A stretch of 64,000 bases of DNA from the NCBI RefSeq assembly GCF_009914755.1, contig NC_060926.1; one strand, 5' to 3'. The position numbers were made by a program, and so were the translations under genes. Each line of letters opens with the position of its first letter. The stretch's first letter is position 1. Shown here piece by piece: positions 11,896 to 30,195 of the stretch. This DNA comes from the human T2T-CHM13v2.0 reference genome, Homo sapiens. Under the pieces are notes generated by a model. The model ran no database searches. It was not told where the DNA came from and was given only the letters and a program-made list of their open reading frames with translations.

Positions 11896-12822
11896 AATGT
11901 GTGCCCTGTCTCACTGGGCACAGTAGGATAAGCTCTTTGCTGTTTATGTGCTTGTTTACAGTCACACACTCCTGGGAAGCAAAGATCATGTGTTTATTTA
12001 TGAAGCCCCTGTTTGCCGACTCTGATATCCTATATGCTGAATATCAGTTAATCAGTGTCAGTTCAGTTAATGCTAGAGACAGTAAAGCAATGGAATTCAG
12101 GGTTGAAAGCAATTAATTAGGTGAGACAGATATCATAGAAAATGTTCTGGGGCCAACAGCTACTGAGTGGGGCTTTAAATACTGTACAAGATCCATTTAG
12201 GCAAAGCCATGTGGGGGTGGAGTCTCCATATTTCTATAAAACCTCAATGGTTTCCTGACAGGAAATGTTATAAATTATTCAACGTTTCTGATCCCTTTTC
12301 TCTCTCCTAGGATGCAATTTGCAAAATTTAAGTCTGTCTAATTCAGAAGAAATCACTACTCATATACTTGAGTTAGCCAAACCACAAAGAATGCTTGCCT
12401 GGAGATCAGGAGGGCTGCAAATTCCCTTCCAATGTCATCCTTTCCCATCCTCGGTGGTGGTCGCCCAGGCAAGTGGAGGGCTCAATGTTGGGAGTAGATG
12501 TGTTAGTTCTGCTGCAGCTGGGCTTTGGTATCTAATAGAGAAGAAAGATGTCAACAATTTGTGAGGCGTAGCACCTGGAATAGGGATCCAGCTGCCCATG
12601 CTTAGAGTCTCAACAGGGATTAAATGCCTGAAACAAATATAATAACACAAATTTCAACTGGTAGAAATCTTTTCAACACTGAATCTTACACTGCGTGAAT
12701 ACTCTCCAGCTTTGAAAGACAGAGAAATAGAAGCATAGAGAATGATTTGAGAAATAAAATGCAAAGCAAGCCAAGTGTTCATAGAGCTGTGAAGCTTTGT
12801 AGCTGAAAATGATTCTATGGAT

Positions 12823-12985
12823 CAGTGTTTCTCAAAATATGGATTAGAGATCTAGATCAGAATCACTACGCTTTTGTCCCCTACACCTCCACCACCCAAG
12901 ATTTCCTGGCTTAATCCAGGGATTCAGCAGCTCTGGGGTGGGTCTCAGAAATCTGCATTTTTAACTAGTACTGATTGTGTTCCAC
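12823..12985. mobile_element. MER5A-like hAT-Charlie MITE
   Basis: 'cagtgtttctcaaa...atcagaatcact...gattcagcagctctggggtggg...atctgcatttttaac'. Confidence 0.7.
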
Positions 12986-13444
12986 TGATTTTCCTCTGAA
13001 ATTTTATGCCCAATGGGGAAGTCCATTCACAGTGAGGGAAATGAGCCTTGGAAAAGCTCACTGCATGAAACTGATCATGGACTAGGGCAGCCGTATTAAA
13101 CTGAGAGTTTCCCAAAGAGTCATCGACATTCACCTTGGCAGTGACTGGCTCTACTGGGAGCCACTCACTGAATTTTCATGCTTTGTCAGCACGCAGATGG
13201 GAGCAGGGAAGGTGGAGGAAAGCACAAACCAGAATTCACTTTTCATCACATAAGCAAAAGCTGTGCCACAGAAATAGGATGACTGTGGGTTTGAGCACAT
13301 GTAAGGCATTGCATCCCCAGTGCAGCTGCTTCTGGACTCTAGGAGGTTAGCCTGATCTTTATATCACAGTGTGGATGCCAATATGCAAACAAACATCTAA
13401 CAAACAAAATAAAGAACAAACTTCTTTTATCTTTGCCATAAAGA

Positions 13445-13645
13445 AGTCTGTAAAGAGCCAGATAGTTAATATTTTAGGCTTTGCAGGCCACATGATTTGT
13501 ATCTCAACTGCTCAACTGTACTTTGAAAGCAGCCATAGACAATACATAGAGTAATGACGGTGGCTTTGTCCAAGAAATACTTTGTTTTACTATTTACAAA
13601 AACAGGTAGAGGGCCAAATTGACTCTGGCTGAGTTTTAGACCCTG
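13445..13645. mobile_element. MER58A hAT-Charlie MITE
   Basis: 'ctgtaaagagccagatagttaatattttaggctttgcaggccac...agcagccatagacaatac...tatttacaaaaacaggt...gaccctg'. Confidence 0.85.
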
Positions 13646-14824
13646 AATTTATATAGCATTACTATCCTGAGCATTTATAGACTGCTGCTGCTATTGTGGT
13701 TGTTTGTTGATTTAGCAAATTTTGAGTTTTGTGATTTTACATATGCCCCTTCCCCTATTTTTTCTTAGAAAAAAATGACACGATGTGTTAATACATGTCA
13801 TGAATAGAACTAGCACATTCCTACTGGGTATTTTCCTTTCTTTCATTAGTGCCTTAGGCTATGTAAACATCTTTATAAGTGAATTTTGTTTATATGTAAT
13901 TAGCATCAGTGTTTTAACTTAAATCACCTCAATATACTAAAAACATTGTTATTCATGCTTAGTTTTACCAATTTTACCAGCATTTCTCCAAACTTTGCTG
14001 CAGGAGTACAGTCACCTTCATAGCCCCCCTCACCTAGGCTTTTCTGGGTGAGGAGGTATCTCTCATATGATCCTCTTCAGTTATATATTCATTCTACAAC
14101 TAAATGGTTCCCAGAAATTCCTCTCCTCTTATGCTGTCATGCGCATTCACTGGGTTCCATGTGGTTGGCCACTGTTAAATTTTTTTTTTTTTTTTTATTT
14201 CTTTGCTTCAGAAAGACATGTCACATTCTTCTGGTCACCAAGTCCACTTCTATTGGGAATTGCCACTCCTGCCGTATAACTATACCTCTCTGAATATGAG
14301 GGTTCCTTTCACATCCATTGCCATTAAAGGGGGCCAGAGGCAGAAGAACTAAAAGATGGTTTTAGGTAAAGTGGGAAGGATGTCTTTCTCTGTTTCTGTG
14401 CTATAATTTGTCATAAAGGTGTTAACAGAGCTCTGAATTATGTCTAAATATTTTCAGCAGTCTTAATAAAAACACCATTTGAGTTTTTACTTTTGGGGCT
14501 CACTCTTTTGCTGTAAAACTCAAAACTGGACAAACACATTTGGAACCAAGACAAAAATTATTTAGAGACCTTTTTATAACATCTCATTTTCTGACTAATC
14601 TTGCACAAGTGGAGATCAAGCCTTCATGCTCTACCCTCATTTCTGTAAGAAGGGAGTCTCCTCAGCTCCTCTATGAGTGAACATGTGGTGCCCACCACAG
14701 ATGATGAAAAATTCCAAGATTCAGCTTAACCAACCATTCATCCTTCAACAAACACACCCCTTGTGTAAGGTGTAGCTCTTTGGTCTCAGCCTTTTTATTT
14801 CAATCAGTTAATTGTTCTTTGTTT

Positions 14825-15037
14825 GACCTTTAAATATTGGTGTTTACAAGGCTAAGCATAGGTCCTTTCTGTATTTCAGTCTCTACTCTTTCATGATGAT
14901 TTTCTTCTCCAGGATTTCTATGAGAATATATAGTCAGAGGGCTGCTAAATTAAAATTTTCAACATGATTTTTATCTCTGTAATCCAAATGAAGAGACCCC
15001 AAATCTATTTAGTATCTCCAGTTCCAATATCTGAAGA
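14825..15037 (+). mobile_element. L2 fragment (5' piece of an L2 split by L1 insertion)
   Basis: L2-like 'ctttaaatattggtgtttacaaggc...ctctactct'; L2 resumes at ~21390. Confidence 0.5.
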
Positions 15038-15831
15038 GAGTGCTTTATCATGGACTTGGCAGCAACTCTTCCCTTCAGGATTTCAGGGAGCATGGGATGA
15101 AAAAGTTCACTTCTTGACTTTCTCCAACAGCTCTGCCCCCACTAAAGGTGAATGCCTGCTGGGGCAGGGCCCTGTTAGTGCTTCTCCTTTGCCTCCACCC
15201 CCACCCCACCTGCCGGTTCTCATTCTTCAATGCCGTCTGCTATACTGCAGCCTGAATTACAGCAACACATGACATTACATCAGTGCAACAGGCAACATCT
15301 GAGAAACGCACTGGACAAATGTAACTGCGACAAAAAACTCATACAAAGCCTCAGAACCCTGAAAGCACCCAGAAATGAGGTCAATTGATCATAACACAAT
15401 AAATATCACAGTCATATCCCTAAGGAAAAAAATAATTAAAAACTCAAGAATCTGCATTCAAATGATAACAAATTCAGAAAAACAATAAAAAAAGTTCCAG
15501 CTGTCTCAGATGATAAGGAACCAGCATGAGGACTCTGATACAAAATGCCAGAGTGTTGTCATCTTCAAATGATTCCACTAGCTCACAAGCAAAGGATTCT
15601 AACCAGAGTGAAATGTCTGAAATGGCAGATAAAGTTTTCAGAATATGGATGGCAAGGAAACTCAACAAGATCCAAGATAAAGTTGAAATCCACACAAAGA
15701 AGCCAGGAAAATGCTCCAAGATTTGAAAGACGACATCACTATGTTAAGAACCAAACGAAACTTCTGGAATTAAAAAATTCATTTTAGGAATTTCAAAATA
15801 CAGTTGTAAGCCTTAACAACAGACTAGACTA

Positions 15832-16506
<675 letters not shown>

Positions 16507-17227
16507 CTAAAGGAAAGGGTCATGTTACCTATAAAGGGAAACCCATCAGACTAACTGCAGACTTCTCAGCAGAAACCTGAAAAGCTAGAAGAGATTGGGA
16601 GCCCATTCTTAGCATTCTTAAACAAAAAAAAAAAGTCAACCAAGAATTCCATATCCCATCAAATTAAGCTTCACAAATGAAGGAAAAATAAAATATTTCC
16701 AGATAAAAAATTGCTAAGGGAATTTGTCACCACCAAACCGGTCCTAGAAGAGATGCTTAAGGGAGTTCTAAACACAGAAATGAAAGAATGATACTTGCTA
16801 CCACAAAAACAAAAACAAGCACATAGCTCCTGAACCCCATAAAGCAATTACCCAAATGGAGACTATGAAGCAACTAGCTAACAACATTATGACAGAAACA
16901 GAACTTCACATATCAATATTAACCTTGAATGTAAACAACTTAAATGCTCCACTTAAAAGATATAGAGTGGCAAACTAGACGGAAGAAAGAGCCATCTTTC
17001 CGCTGTCTTCAAGAGATTCCACTTAAATGTAATGATACCCATAGGCTCAAAGTAGAGAAAGGAGAAAGATATATCACGCAAATGGAGAACAAAGAGCACA
17101 GAAATCACTATTCTAGTGTTAGATAAAAGAGACTTTAAACCAACAACAGTATTTAAAAAAAAACAAAGAAGGGAATTACATAACGATAAAGGGTTTATTC
17201 AACAAGAAGACGTAAGAATCTTAAACA

Positions 17228-17370
17228 TATATATAGTGTATATATAAAATATATAATATATAATATATATTTATATATATTACATTTATATATTAATATA
17301 TATATATTACAGGTGCAGTAGTTGTTTTATAAATCTCGGTTCTTCAGTATATTATATATATTATATATAT
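17228..17370. repeat. AT-rich (TA)n expansion within L1 ORF2, containing a non-native insert
   Basis: Expanded from the native 'aatatatatgcac' site; see the inverted-repeat finding. Confidence 0.85.
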
Positions 17371-17411
17371 TCACACAACACTGAAGAACCGAGATTTATA
17401 AAACAACTACT
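17317..17411. repeat. Perfect 32-bp inverted repeat, 31-nt spacer
   Basis: AGTAGTTGTTTTATAAATCTCGGTTCTTCAGT (17317-17348) is the exact reverse complement of 17380-17411. Confidence 0.97.
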
Positions 17412-17675
17412 TTCAGATCTAAGAAAAGATTGACAGCCACACAATTAACAGTGGGGGACTTCACCACGATACTGACAACATTAGACAGAAAACTAACAAA
17501 AAAATGCTAGACTTAAATTCAACACTTGACCAGTTGGACCTAATAGACATCTTCAGAATACTCCACCTAACAGTCAAATGATATACTTTCTGCTCATCTG
17601 CACATAGCACATACTCTAAGATTGACCACAAGGTCAGTCATAAAGCAAGTTTTAAAAATGGAGAAAAAAAATAGA

Positions 17676-17987
17676 GGCCGGGTGCAGTGGCTCACACCTG
17701 TAATCCCAGCACTTTGGGAGGCCAAGGCAGGCGGATCACCTGAAGTGAGGAGTTCGAGAACAGCCTGGCCAACATGGCAAAACCCCATCTCTACTAAAAG
17801 TACAAAAAAGAAAAAAAATTAGCTGGGCTTGGTGGTGGGTGCCTGTAATCCCAGCTACTCAGGAGGCTGAGGCAGGAGAATCACTTGAACCCGGGAAGCG
17901 GAGGTTGCAGTGAACCAATTTTGTGCCACTGCACTCCAGCCTGGGTGACAAGAGCAAGACTCTGTCAAAAAAAAAAAAAAAAAAAAA
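17676..17987 (+). mobile_element. AluSq-like inside L1 ORF2
   Basis: Full dimer; 'gggtgacaagagc' extra-A diagnostic; flanks aaaaaaatagag / aaaaaagtagaa. Confidence 0.9.
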
Positions 17988-18693
17988 GTAGAAACAAACC
18001 AATCATCCTCTTGGACCACAGTGGGATAAAAATATAAATACCAAGAGGTACTCTCAACACCACACAAATACATGGAAACTAAACAACTTCCTCCTGAATG
18101 ACTTTTGGGTAAACAATGAAATTAATGCATAAATAAAAAAATTATTTGAAACAAAGAAAAATAGGGACACGATATACCAATACCTCTGGAATGCAGCAAA
18201 AGAAGTATGATGAGGAAAGTTTATAGTGCCAAATGCCTACATCAGAAAGATAGAGATCTTAAATGAGCAACCTAAGCTTGCACCTGCAGGAATTAGAAAA
18301 ACAAAAACAAACTAAATTCAAAGCTACCAGAGGAAAAGAAGCAACCAAAATCAGAACAGAACTAAATGAAATTAGACACCCCCAAATCATACAAAGGATC
18401 AATAAAACAAAAAGTTGGTTATTTAAAAGGATAAAAATGGATAGACCTCTTTCTCCTTAACAAAGAAAAAGAGAGAAGGTCCAAATAAGCAGAATCAGAA
18501 ATGACAAAGGTGACATCACAACCAATCTCACAGAAATACAAAAGATCCTGAGACTATTATGAATATCTCTGTGCATTCACACTAGAAAATCTAGAGGAAA
18601 TGAATACATTCCTGGAAATACACAACCCCTAAAGATTAAAGAAGCAGAAATTCTTAGCACATCAATAACAAGTAATGAAATTAAATTCGTAAC

Positions 18694-18700
18694 CAAAAAC

Positions 18701-18731
<31 letters not shown>
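18694..18731 (+). repeat. (CAAAA)n microsatellite within L1
   Basis: 'caaaacaaaacaaaacaaaacaaaa'. Confidence 0.85.
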
Positions 18732-18732
<1 letters not shown>

Positions 18733-20541
18733 CCTACCAACCAAACAATGCCCTGGACCATATGCATTCACAGTCTAATTATACCAGATGTTCAAAGAAG
18801 AGCTAGAACCAATACTACTGAAACTATTTCAAAAAATCAAGGAGGAAGGATTCCACCATAATTCATTCTATGGAACCAGTCTAATCCTAATACCAAAACC
18901 TGATAAAAACACAACAAGAAGAATAAAACTACAGGCCAATATACCTGATGAACACAGATGCAAAAATCCTCCACAAAATACTAGCAATCCAAATCCAGCA
19001 GCATACCAAAAAGTTAATTTGCTACAATCAAGTGGGCTTTCTTTCTGGGATGCAGAAATGGTTCAACATACACAAATCAGTAAATTTGATTCACCACACA
19101 AACAGAATTAAGAACAAAAAACATATGATCATCTCAATAGATGTAGAAAAAGCTTTTTATAAAATTCAATATTCCTTCATAATAGAAACCCTCAACAAAC
19201 TAGATATCTAAGGAATACTCCTCAAAATAATAAGATCTGTCTATGACAAACCAACAGCCAACATAACACTGAACAGAAAAAGGCTGGAAGCATTCCCTCT
19301 AAGAACTGGTGTAAGACAAGAATGTCCACTCTCATCATTCCTATTCAACAGAGTACTGCAATTTTTAGCTGGAGCAATCAGGCAAAAGAAAGAAACAAAG
19401 GCATCCAAATAATAGAAAATGACGAAGTCGAATTATTTCTCTTCATTGACAATATAATTCTCTATATAGAAAACCCTAAAGATTCTGATAAAAGTCTCCT
19501 AGACCTGATAAATGACTTCAGCAAAGTCTCAGAATACAAAATCAACATATAAGAATTAGTGGCATTTTTATACACTGATAACATTCAAGCTGAGAACCAA
19601 ATCAAAAACTCAATCCCATTTACCATAGCCACAAAAAATACCTAGAAATATGTTTAACCAAGGAAATGAAACATTTCTATAAGAACTACTAAACACTGTT
19701 GAAAGAAATCATAGATGACACAAAGAAATGGAAAAGCATCCCAATTTCATGGGTTGTAAGAATCAATATTGTTAAAATGTTTATACTGCCCAAAGCAATC
19801 TACAGATTCAACACTATTCCCAACAAATTAACAATATCATTTTTCACAAATTAGGAAAACCTACTCTAAAATTTATATGGAATCAAAAATATCCCAAATA
19901 GGCAAGGCAGCCTAAGCAAAAAGAAAAAAATGAAAACATCACACTACCCAACATGAAACTATGCTACAAGACCACTGTAACCAAAACAACATGGTACTGG
20001 CACAAAAATAGACATGTAAACCAATGAGGCAGAATAGAGACCCCTGAAATAAAGCTAAACACCTACATCCAACTGATCTTCAAAAAGCAAACAAAAATAA
20101 ATAATTGGGAAAGAATATCCTATTCAATAAACGGTGCTGGGAAAACTAGTTAACCATATGCAGAAGAATAAAACTGGACACATACCTCTCACCACATACA
20201 CAAATTAACTCGAAATGGATTAAAAACTTAAATGTCAGACCTAAAACTATAAAAATGCTAGATGAAAACCTAGGAATTGCCCTTCTAAACATTAGCCTAG
20301 GGAAAGAATTTATAATGAATTCTCGAAAAGCAAATGCAACAAAATAAAAAATAAACAAATGAGAGTTAATTACACTAAAGAGCTTCTGCACAGAAAAAGA
20401 AAATATCAACAGAGTAAACAGACAACCTACAGAATGAGAAAAAAAATATTTACAAACTATGTATCTGGCAAAGGACTAATATCCAGAATCTATAACAACA
20501 AATAACCCCATTAAAAACAACCCAATTATAAAGTAGGCAAA

Positions 20542-20630
20542 AGGCTGCAATGAGCTATGATCACACCACTGCACTCGGCCTGTATGACAAGAGCAAAACC
20601 CCAACTCTAAAAATAATAATAATAATAATT
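20542..20630 (+). mobile_element. Heavily 5'-truncated AluJ/FAM-type 3' end inserted in L1
   Basis: 'ggctgcaatgagctatgatcacaccactgcactc...' plus (AAT)n tail; L1 'aaaagtgggcaaa' site degenerately duplicated on both sides. Confidence 0.75.
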
Positions 20631-21395
20631 TTAAAAGGTGAGCAAGAACACGAACAAAAGAACACATACAAGCCACCAACAAACATAAAAAGATGCTTGA
20701 CATCACTAATCAGAAAGATATAAATCAAAACCACAATGAGATACCATCTCACGCCAGTCAGAATGACTATTTATTAAAAAGTCAAAAAACAATAGATGCT
20801 GGCAAGGCTGCAGAGAAGAGGGAAGGCTTATACACTATTGGTGGGAATGCAAATTAGTTCAGCCCTTGTGGAAAGCAGACTGGAGATTTCTCAAAGAATT
20901 AAAAATAGAATTATCATTCCACCCAGCGATCCCATTATTGGGCATATACAAAAAGGAAAATGAGTTGTTTTAGCAAAAAGACACCTGTATTTGTATCTTT
21001 ACTGCAGCACTATTCACAATAGCAAAGACATGTAATCAACCCCGATGCAGGGCCATAGAAAAGAATGAAATCGTCTCCTTTGCAGCAATGTGGATGCAAC
21101 GGGAGGCCATTAACCTAAGCGAATCAACAAAGAAACCCAAAGCCAAATACCACGTGTTCTCACATATAAGTGGGAGCTAAACTTTGGGTACACCCAGGCA
21201 CAAAGATACTGAGGACTCCAAAACAGGGAGAGAGAGATGGAAGCATGGGTTGAAAAACTAATTATCAGGTACTATGTTAACTACTCGGGCGACGGGATCA
21301 TTTGAAGTCCAAACCTCAGCATCACCAATATATCCATGTAACAAACCTGAACATGTACTCCTTGAAGCTACAATTTAAAACTGTATATCTGAAGA

Positions 21396-23040
21396 CTCTT
21401 CAAATTCCAGTTCTGGTGGCCTTCCTTGTCCTCTTATGTTCCTTACTGTGAATGGCACCACCATGGGAACCAGAAACCAAGGAGTCACCCGTGCAACACT
21501 TCCCTTTACCATGCTCCCCATCCCCAATTGTGTGCAACATCCTATAGATTTTCTTTGTCCTAAATATCTTTCGAATCAAAATCCTTCTCTTAGGAACAAA
21601 AAAAAATTTTTAATGATTACTTTATTATAAACTTAATTATGGTCATCATTGAACAGTAGACAGTACATAAAGTAATGCATAAATTATCCCAACTTCCTCT
21701 ACAGCCACTGACTCCTCAGAATGAACGCTGTTTGCTATGGTTTTTTTCATGAAAGTTAGTGGAATGCAAATATCTATTACTATATATTTTTCTGTAAATT
21801 GACTCTAGCAACAAATTCAACTATATCTGCAGCGTTAACTAGGTTTTTCTAAAAATATCTTAAATTGAATGTAGTGCTCCCAACAGACATGAAAGTAATA
21901 GCGCCAGAGTGACCCAACAAAAATGAAGTCCTATGATCCAGATTGTATTTTGAGAATCATGTCAATTTTGGCTTGGATAAATAAGCAATTTTTATCCGGT
22001 TTACTATCAGCCCTGGGATTTAAGTGCCACAACCAGAGTAGATTCTCCATGCTGAATTTTGAGATGCTAAGCTTTTTAGTGTCTTAATTATTGAAGAATG
22101 TGGCAGAGAAGCCATCTTTAGAGGATCCATATACCTCAACCATAAAATGAACACATACTTAGTCTCTGTATGTGACAGGCTCTCACTCAGCCAGGCTTCG
22201 GTCAGAATTTTAATCTTCTGAGGAGACTCAGTTAAAGGTATTCTACTCCACTGCTCCTTCTGCTCCCATTTATCCTTAGAACAATTTTCCAAATTACTGA
22301 TTCTCTGCTTACAAACTTTCAGTTGCTTCCCCTCGCCCTCATGGTAAAGCCCAAGCTCTCTAGACCTTAGACAGGCATAAAAAGCACTGTCCTGTCTGCT
22401 CACCTCCTGTACAGGGTCATCCTCACCTCCAGCCCTGGACTCCATGTGTAACCAATACCTGGCAGACACCTCATATCTCTGAGCAAACTTTCTCAGCCTA
22501 CACTCTCTTCCTTGACCACCTTTACACGGGAATATCTTACTCTTTCTTCAAGTTTAAATATTTGCATAGTTGAAAAAAGTGGATTATAAAACTACATAGT
22601 TCATGAATTTTTTTGTTGTTGTTAAAAAGACTTTTAGACACACAAAGTCTGAATATAGATATAATAAAATTGGGTGAGAAATGTCAAAAGACTTTTCTTT
22701 CCATTTTATTACATGTGTTTTCTGCAATGAGTGTGTGTTATTTATGTTATGTAATTTTAAGGCTCAATGTAGGTATTTGATTCCTGTGAAAAGCCATCTC
22801 TTCTTGATTTCACCCACTCCCAATTTTGATTTTGTGCATTTTCTCTAAACTCCTCACAATTCTCTGAACTCATCCTCTCTTAACAACCATTTTTATTCTC
22901 CAGTGGTCTGTCCATAGTCTATCTTGCTGGCAGGACCACACATTCATTTGAAGGTAGGTACTCACCGGTCTTCTACGCAGGAGCTCCGGCATCTAGCACA
23001 GTGCCTGGCACAGAGCTCAATAAACGGTGAATGAATAGAA
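21396..23040 (+). mobile_element. L2 continuation in pieces (~21396-21590, 22240-22560, 22760-23040) with old insertions between
   Basis: 'gtgaatggcaccacc...ccagaaacc', 'aaagcccaagctc', terminal 'ctagcacagtgcctggcacagagctcaataaa...tgaatgaat'. Confidence 0.7.
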
Positions 23041-23273
23041 TCCATGTGTAAGAGGAAACCTGCAGAGAAGCAGGGCTGTCTTAGCAAGAGTACCTTTTCT
23101 GCTCAAATACATGGGTGGGCGGGCAAAGGGAAGTGTCCCTGGGCCTCGCTGAGCCTGCTTCCACCCAGACAAGAAATCATCACCATCACCATCTCCAGCA
23201 CAAACAGGCTGGCATGCTCAGCATGAAAGCTGTCTAGGAAAATTTAAGTAATAGTGGAGTGTGGATAGAGCTT

Positions 23274-23285
23274 ATGAATATTCAT
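23274..23285. promoter_or_regulatory. Palindromic POU-dimer (MORE-type) motif
   Basis: ATGAATATTCAT perfect palindrome in a unique CpG-retaining island. Confidence 0.35.
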
Positions 23286-23968
23286 GAACCAAGGGTCTTA
23301 GCAGCCAAGCTAAGCACAGAATTACAGCAATTATCTGAATGATTTGCACGCACACAAAGCCAGCCTTAAGCAACATCGTTGAGGAGGCTGGAAGTCGGCT
23401 GGCCCTCTGTCTGGCACCGCCCTGCTTCTTTTCAGCGTGCCCTGCGGGAGCTCATGTGCTCTGCCTGCCCGGGGAATCTTGGTGCCAACCCCCTCCGCCG
23501 GCCCTCCTCCCACCACCCCAGTGACAGGTCTCATGTGATGTGAGCCTCTTCCTCCAAACTTAATTGTCTCCATTCCCTCAGAGTTTAACTAGGTAACTAG
23601 CTGACTGGAGAAGGCACCTAACAGACTAATGAATGTGAAGGAATGAATCAGTCTTGCTTTTCCACGTCAATGTCTATCGTAGATATTTAGTCTTACTTAA
23701 AGACCTTTTGTTGTAAGATTCCTTAACTCAATTTCAGGAACAGGAGGCTATAAATAGACTTTGTAAATAATTTAATAGATTATGAAGTGTGGTAAGAGCT
23801 TGATGATGGATTCCAGCGTCACAGAACCTGAAAGCAGGAAGGAACTTTATAGGCCATTTAGTTTGGTGTTCCCCACCTTGAGTTTTACATGAAGTTCATA
23901 GATGATTGAGTAATAATCTTAAATTAAATAATACTTATGGAAAGAGTATCTCAGAATCTCTATTATGA

Positions 23969-24360
<392 letters not shown>

Positions 24361-24404
24361 TAAACCTTTTATTCTATAGAACTTTATTTTGGAAATGCCA
24401 ATCT

Positions 24405-24545
24405 CCTCCATGCCTTTATTATTCAGGAGATGAAACATACCAGAAAAAGAAACTATCTGTTCAAGATTGTGACACACTCACTTCAGAGAGAGCTTAGACT
24501 TGAACCAAGGTGTCCTGGCTGGACTTCCCGTCCCTCTATCCAGCC
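24405..24545 (-). mobile_element. MIR fragment
   Basis: 'gttcaagattgtgac...agacttgaaccaaggtgtcctggct'. Confidence 0.45.
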
Positions 24546-24611
24546 ATCTTTCCTTTTAATGGATTTTATTTTTAAAGAGAGGTTTTAAAACCATAATTTA
24601 AAGTGGGTACT

Positions 24612-25010
24612 TGTGACAGAGACTACTAATTGTACTCACAAATCCATTCTCTCCTACTGACATGGTAGAATATTTTCATCTGGGCACATGGTCATCATTT
24701 CTGAGCCATCTCACTGTTAGTTGTGGTCCTGTGATTACGTCATGACCAATGAGATGAGAAAGGAAGTAACACTGTAATCTGGGGCCACTTTCTTAAAGGG
24801 AAAAAGTGTGTTCTCCCTTTCCCTTGTCCTTCTGGCTGCTTCACAGAATGAGGATCTAGTACAAAGGGCTGGACCCAAAATGGGGCACGTGTTTGGAGAA
24901 CACAGAATAATGGAATAGGAAAAAAACTGGCATCTGAACAGTTCATATGAACTGGGTCATTCTGGCTGATTTTAGCAAAATTGTATACGAGAAAGATGAA
25001 TCCATGTTAA
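24612..25010 (+). mobile_element. Old ERVL/MaLR-class LTR (LTR33-like)
   Basis: 'tgtgacagagactactaattg...tccattctctcc...ctgggcacatgg...tgtggtcctgtgatta...gaccaatgagatgagaaaggaagt'. Confidence 0.6.
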
Positions 25011-25272
25011 ATATAATGGATATAAATGCAGAGATTTTATTTTATTTTATTTTATTTTGTTTTATTTTATTATACTTTAAGTTCTAGGGTACATGTGCAC
25101 AATGTGCAGGTTTGTTACGTATGTATACATGTGCCGTGTAGGTTTGCTGCACCCATTAACTCGTCATTCACATTAGATATTTCTCCTAAGGCTATCCCTC
25201 CAGCATTCCCTCACCCCACGACAGGCCCCAGTGTGTGATGCTCCCTGCCCTGTGTCCAAGTGTTCTCATTGT

Positions 25273-29115
<3,843 letters not shown>

Positions 29116-29178
29116 TATGATGTTAGCTGGTTATTTTGCCCATTAGTTGATGCAGTTTCTTTCTAGCATCGATGGTCT

Positions 29179-30195
29179 TTACAATTTGACATGTTTTTGC
29201 AGTGGCTGGTACCAGTTGTTCCTTTCCATGTTTAGTGCTTCCTTCAGGAGCTCTTGCAGGGCAGGCCTGGTGGTGACAAAATCTCTCAGCATTTGCTTGT
29301 CTGTAAAGGATTTTATTTCTCCTTCACTTAGTTTGGCTGGATATGAAATTCTGGGTTGAAAATTCTTTTATTTAAGAATGTTGAATATTGGCTCCCACTC
29401 TCTTCTGGCTTGTAGAGTTTCTGCCGAGAGATCTGTTGTTAGTCTGATGGGCTTCCTTTTGTGGGTAACCCGACCTTTCTCTCTGGCTGCCCTTAACATT
29501 TTTTCTTTCATTTCAACCTTGGTGAATCTGAAAATTATGTGTCTTGGAGTTGCTCTCCTCGAGGAGTATCTTTGTGGTGTTCTCTGTATTTCCTGAAGTT
29601 GAATGTTGGCCTGCCTTGCTAGGTTGGGGAAGTTCTCCTGGATAATATTCTGAAGAGTGTTTTCCAGCTTGTTTCCATTCTTCCCGTTACTTTCAGGTAC
29701 ACTAAACAAATGTAGTTTTGGTCTTTTCACATAGTCCCATACTTCTGGGAGGCTTTGTTCATTTCTTTTTACTCTTTTTTCTCTAAATTTCTCTTCTCAC
29801 TTCATTTCATTAATTTGATCTTCAATCACTGATACCCTTTCTTCCACTTGATCTAATCGGCTACTGAAACTTGTGCATGCGTCACGTAGTTCTCGTGCCA
29901 TGGTTTTCAGCTCCATCAGGTCATTTAAGGTCTTCTGTACACTGTTTATTCTAGTTAGCCATTTGTCTAATCTTTTTTCAAGGTTTTTAGCTTCTTTGTG
30001 ATGGGTTCGAACATCCTCCTTTAGCTCGGAGAAGTTTGTTATTACTGACTTTCTGAAGCCTACTTCTGTCAACTCCTCAAAGTCATTCTCCATCCAGCTT
30101 TGTTCCGTTGCTGGCGAGGAGCTGCGATCCTTTGGAGGAGAAGGGGCCCTCTGGTTTTTAGAATTTTCAGCTTTTCTGCTCTGATTTCTCCCCAT
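29179..30195 (-). pseudogene. Disrupted L1 ORF1
   Basis: 'MGRNQSRKAENSKNQ...' stops at 29797; later fragment '[35 protein letters not shown]'. Confidence 0.95.

Noticed and set aside
22020-22469. 149-aa ORF
   Set aside because: Largely antisense to an L2 remnant, non-ATG start, no recognisable homology.
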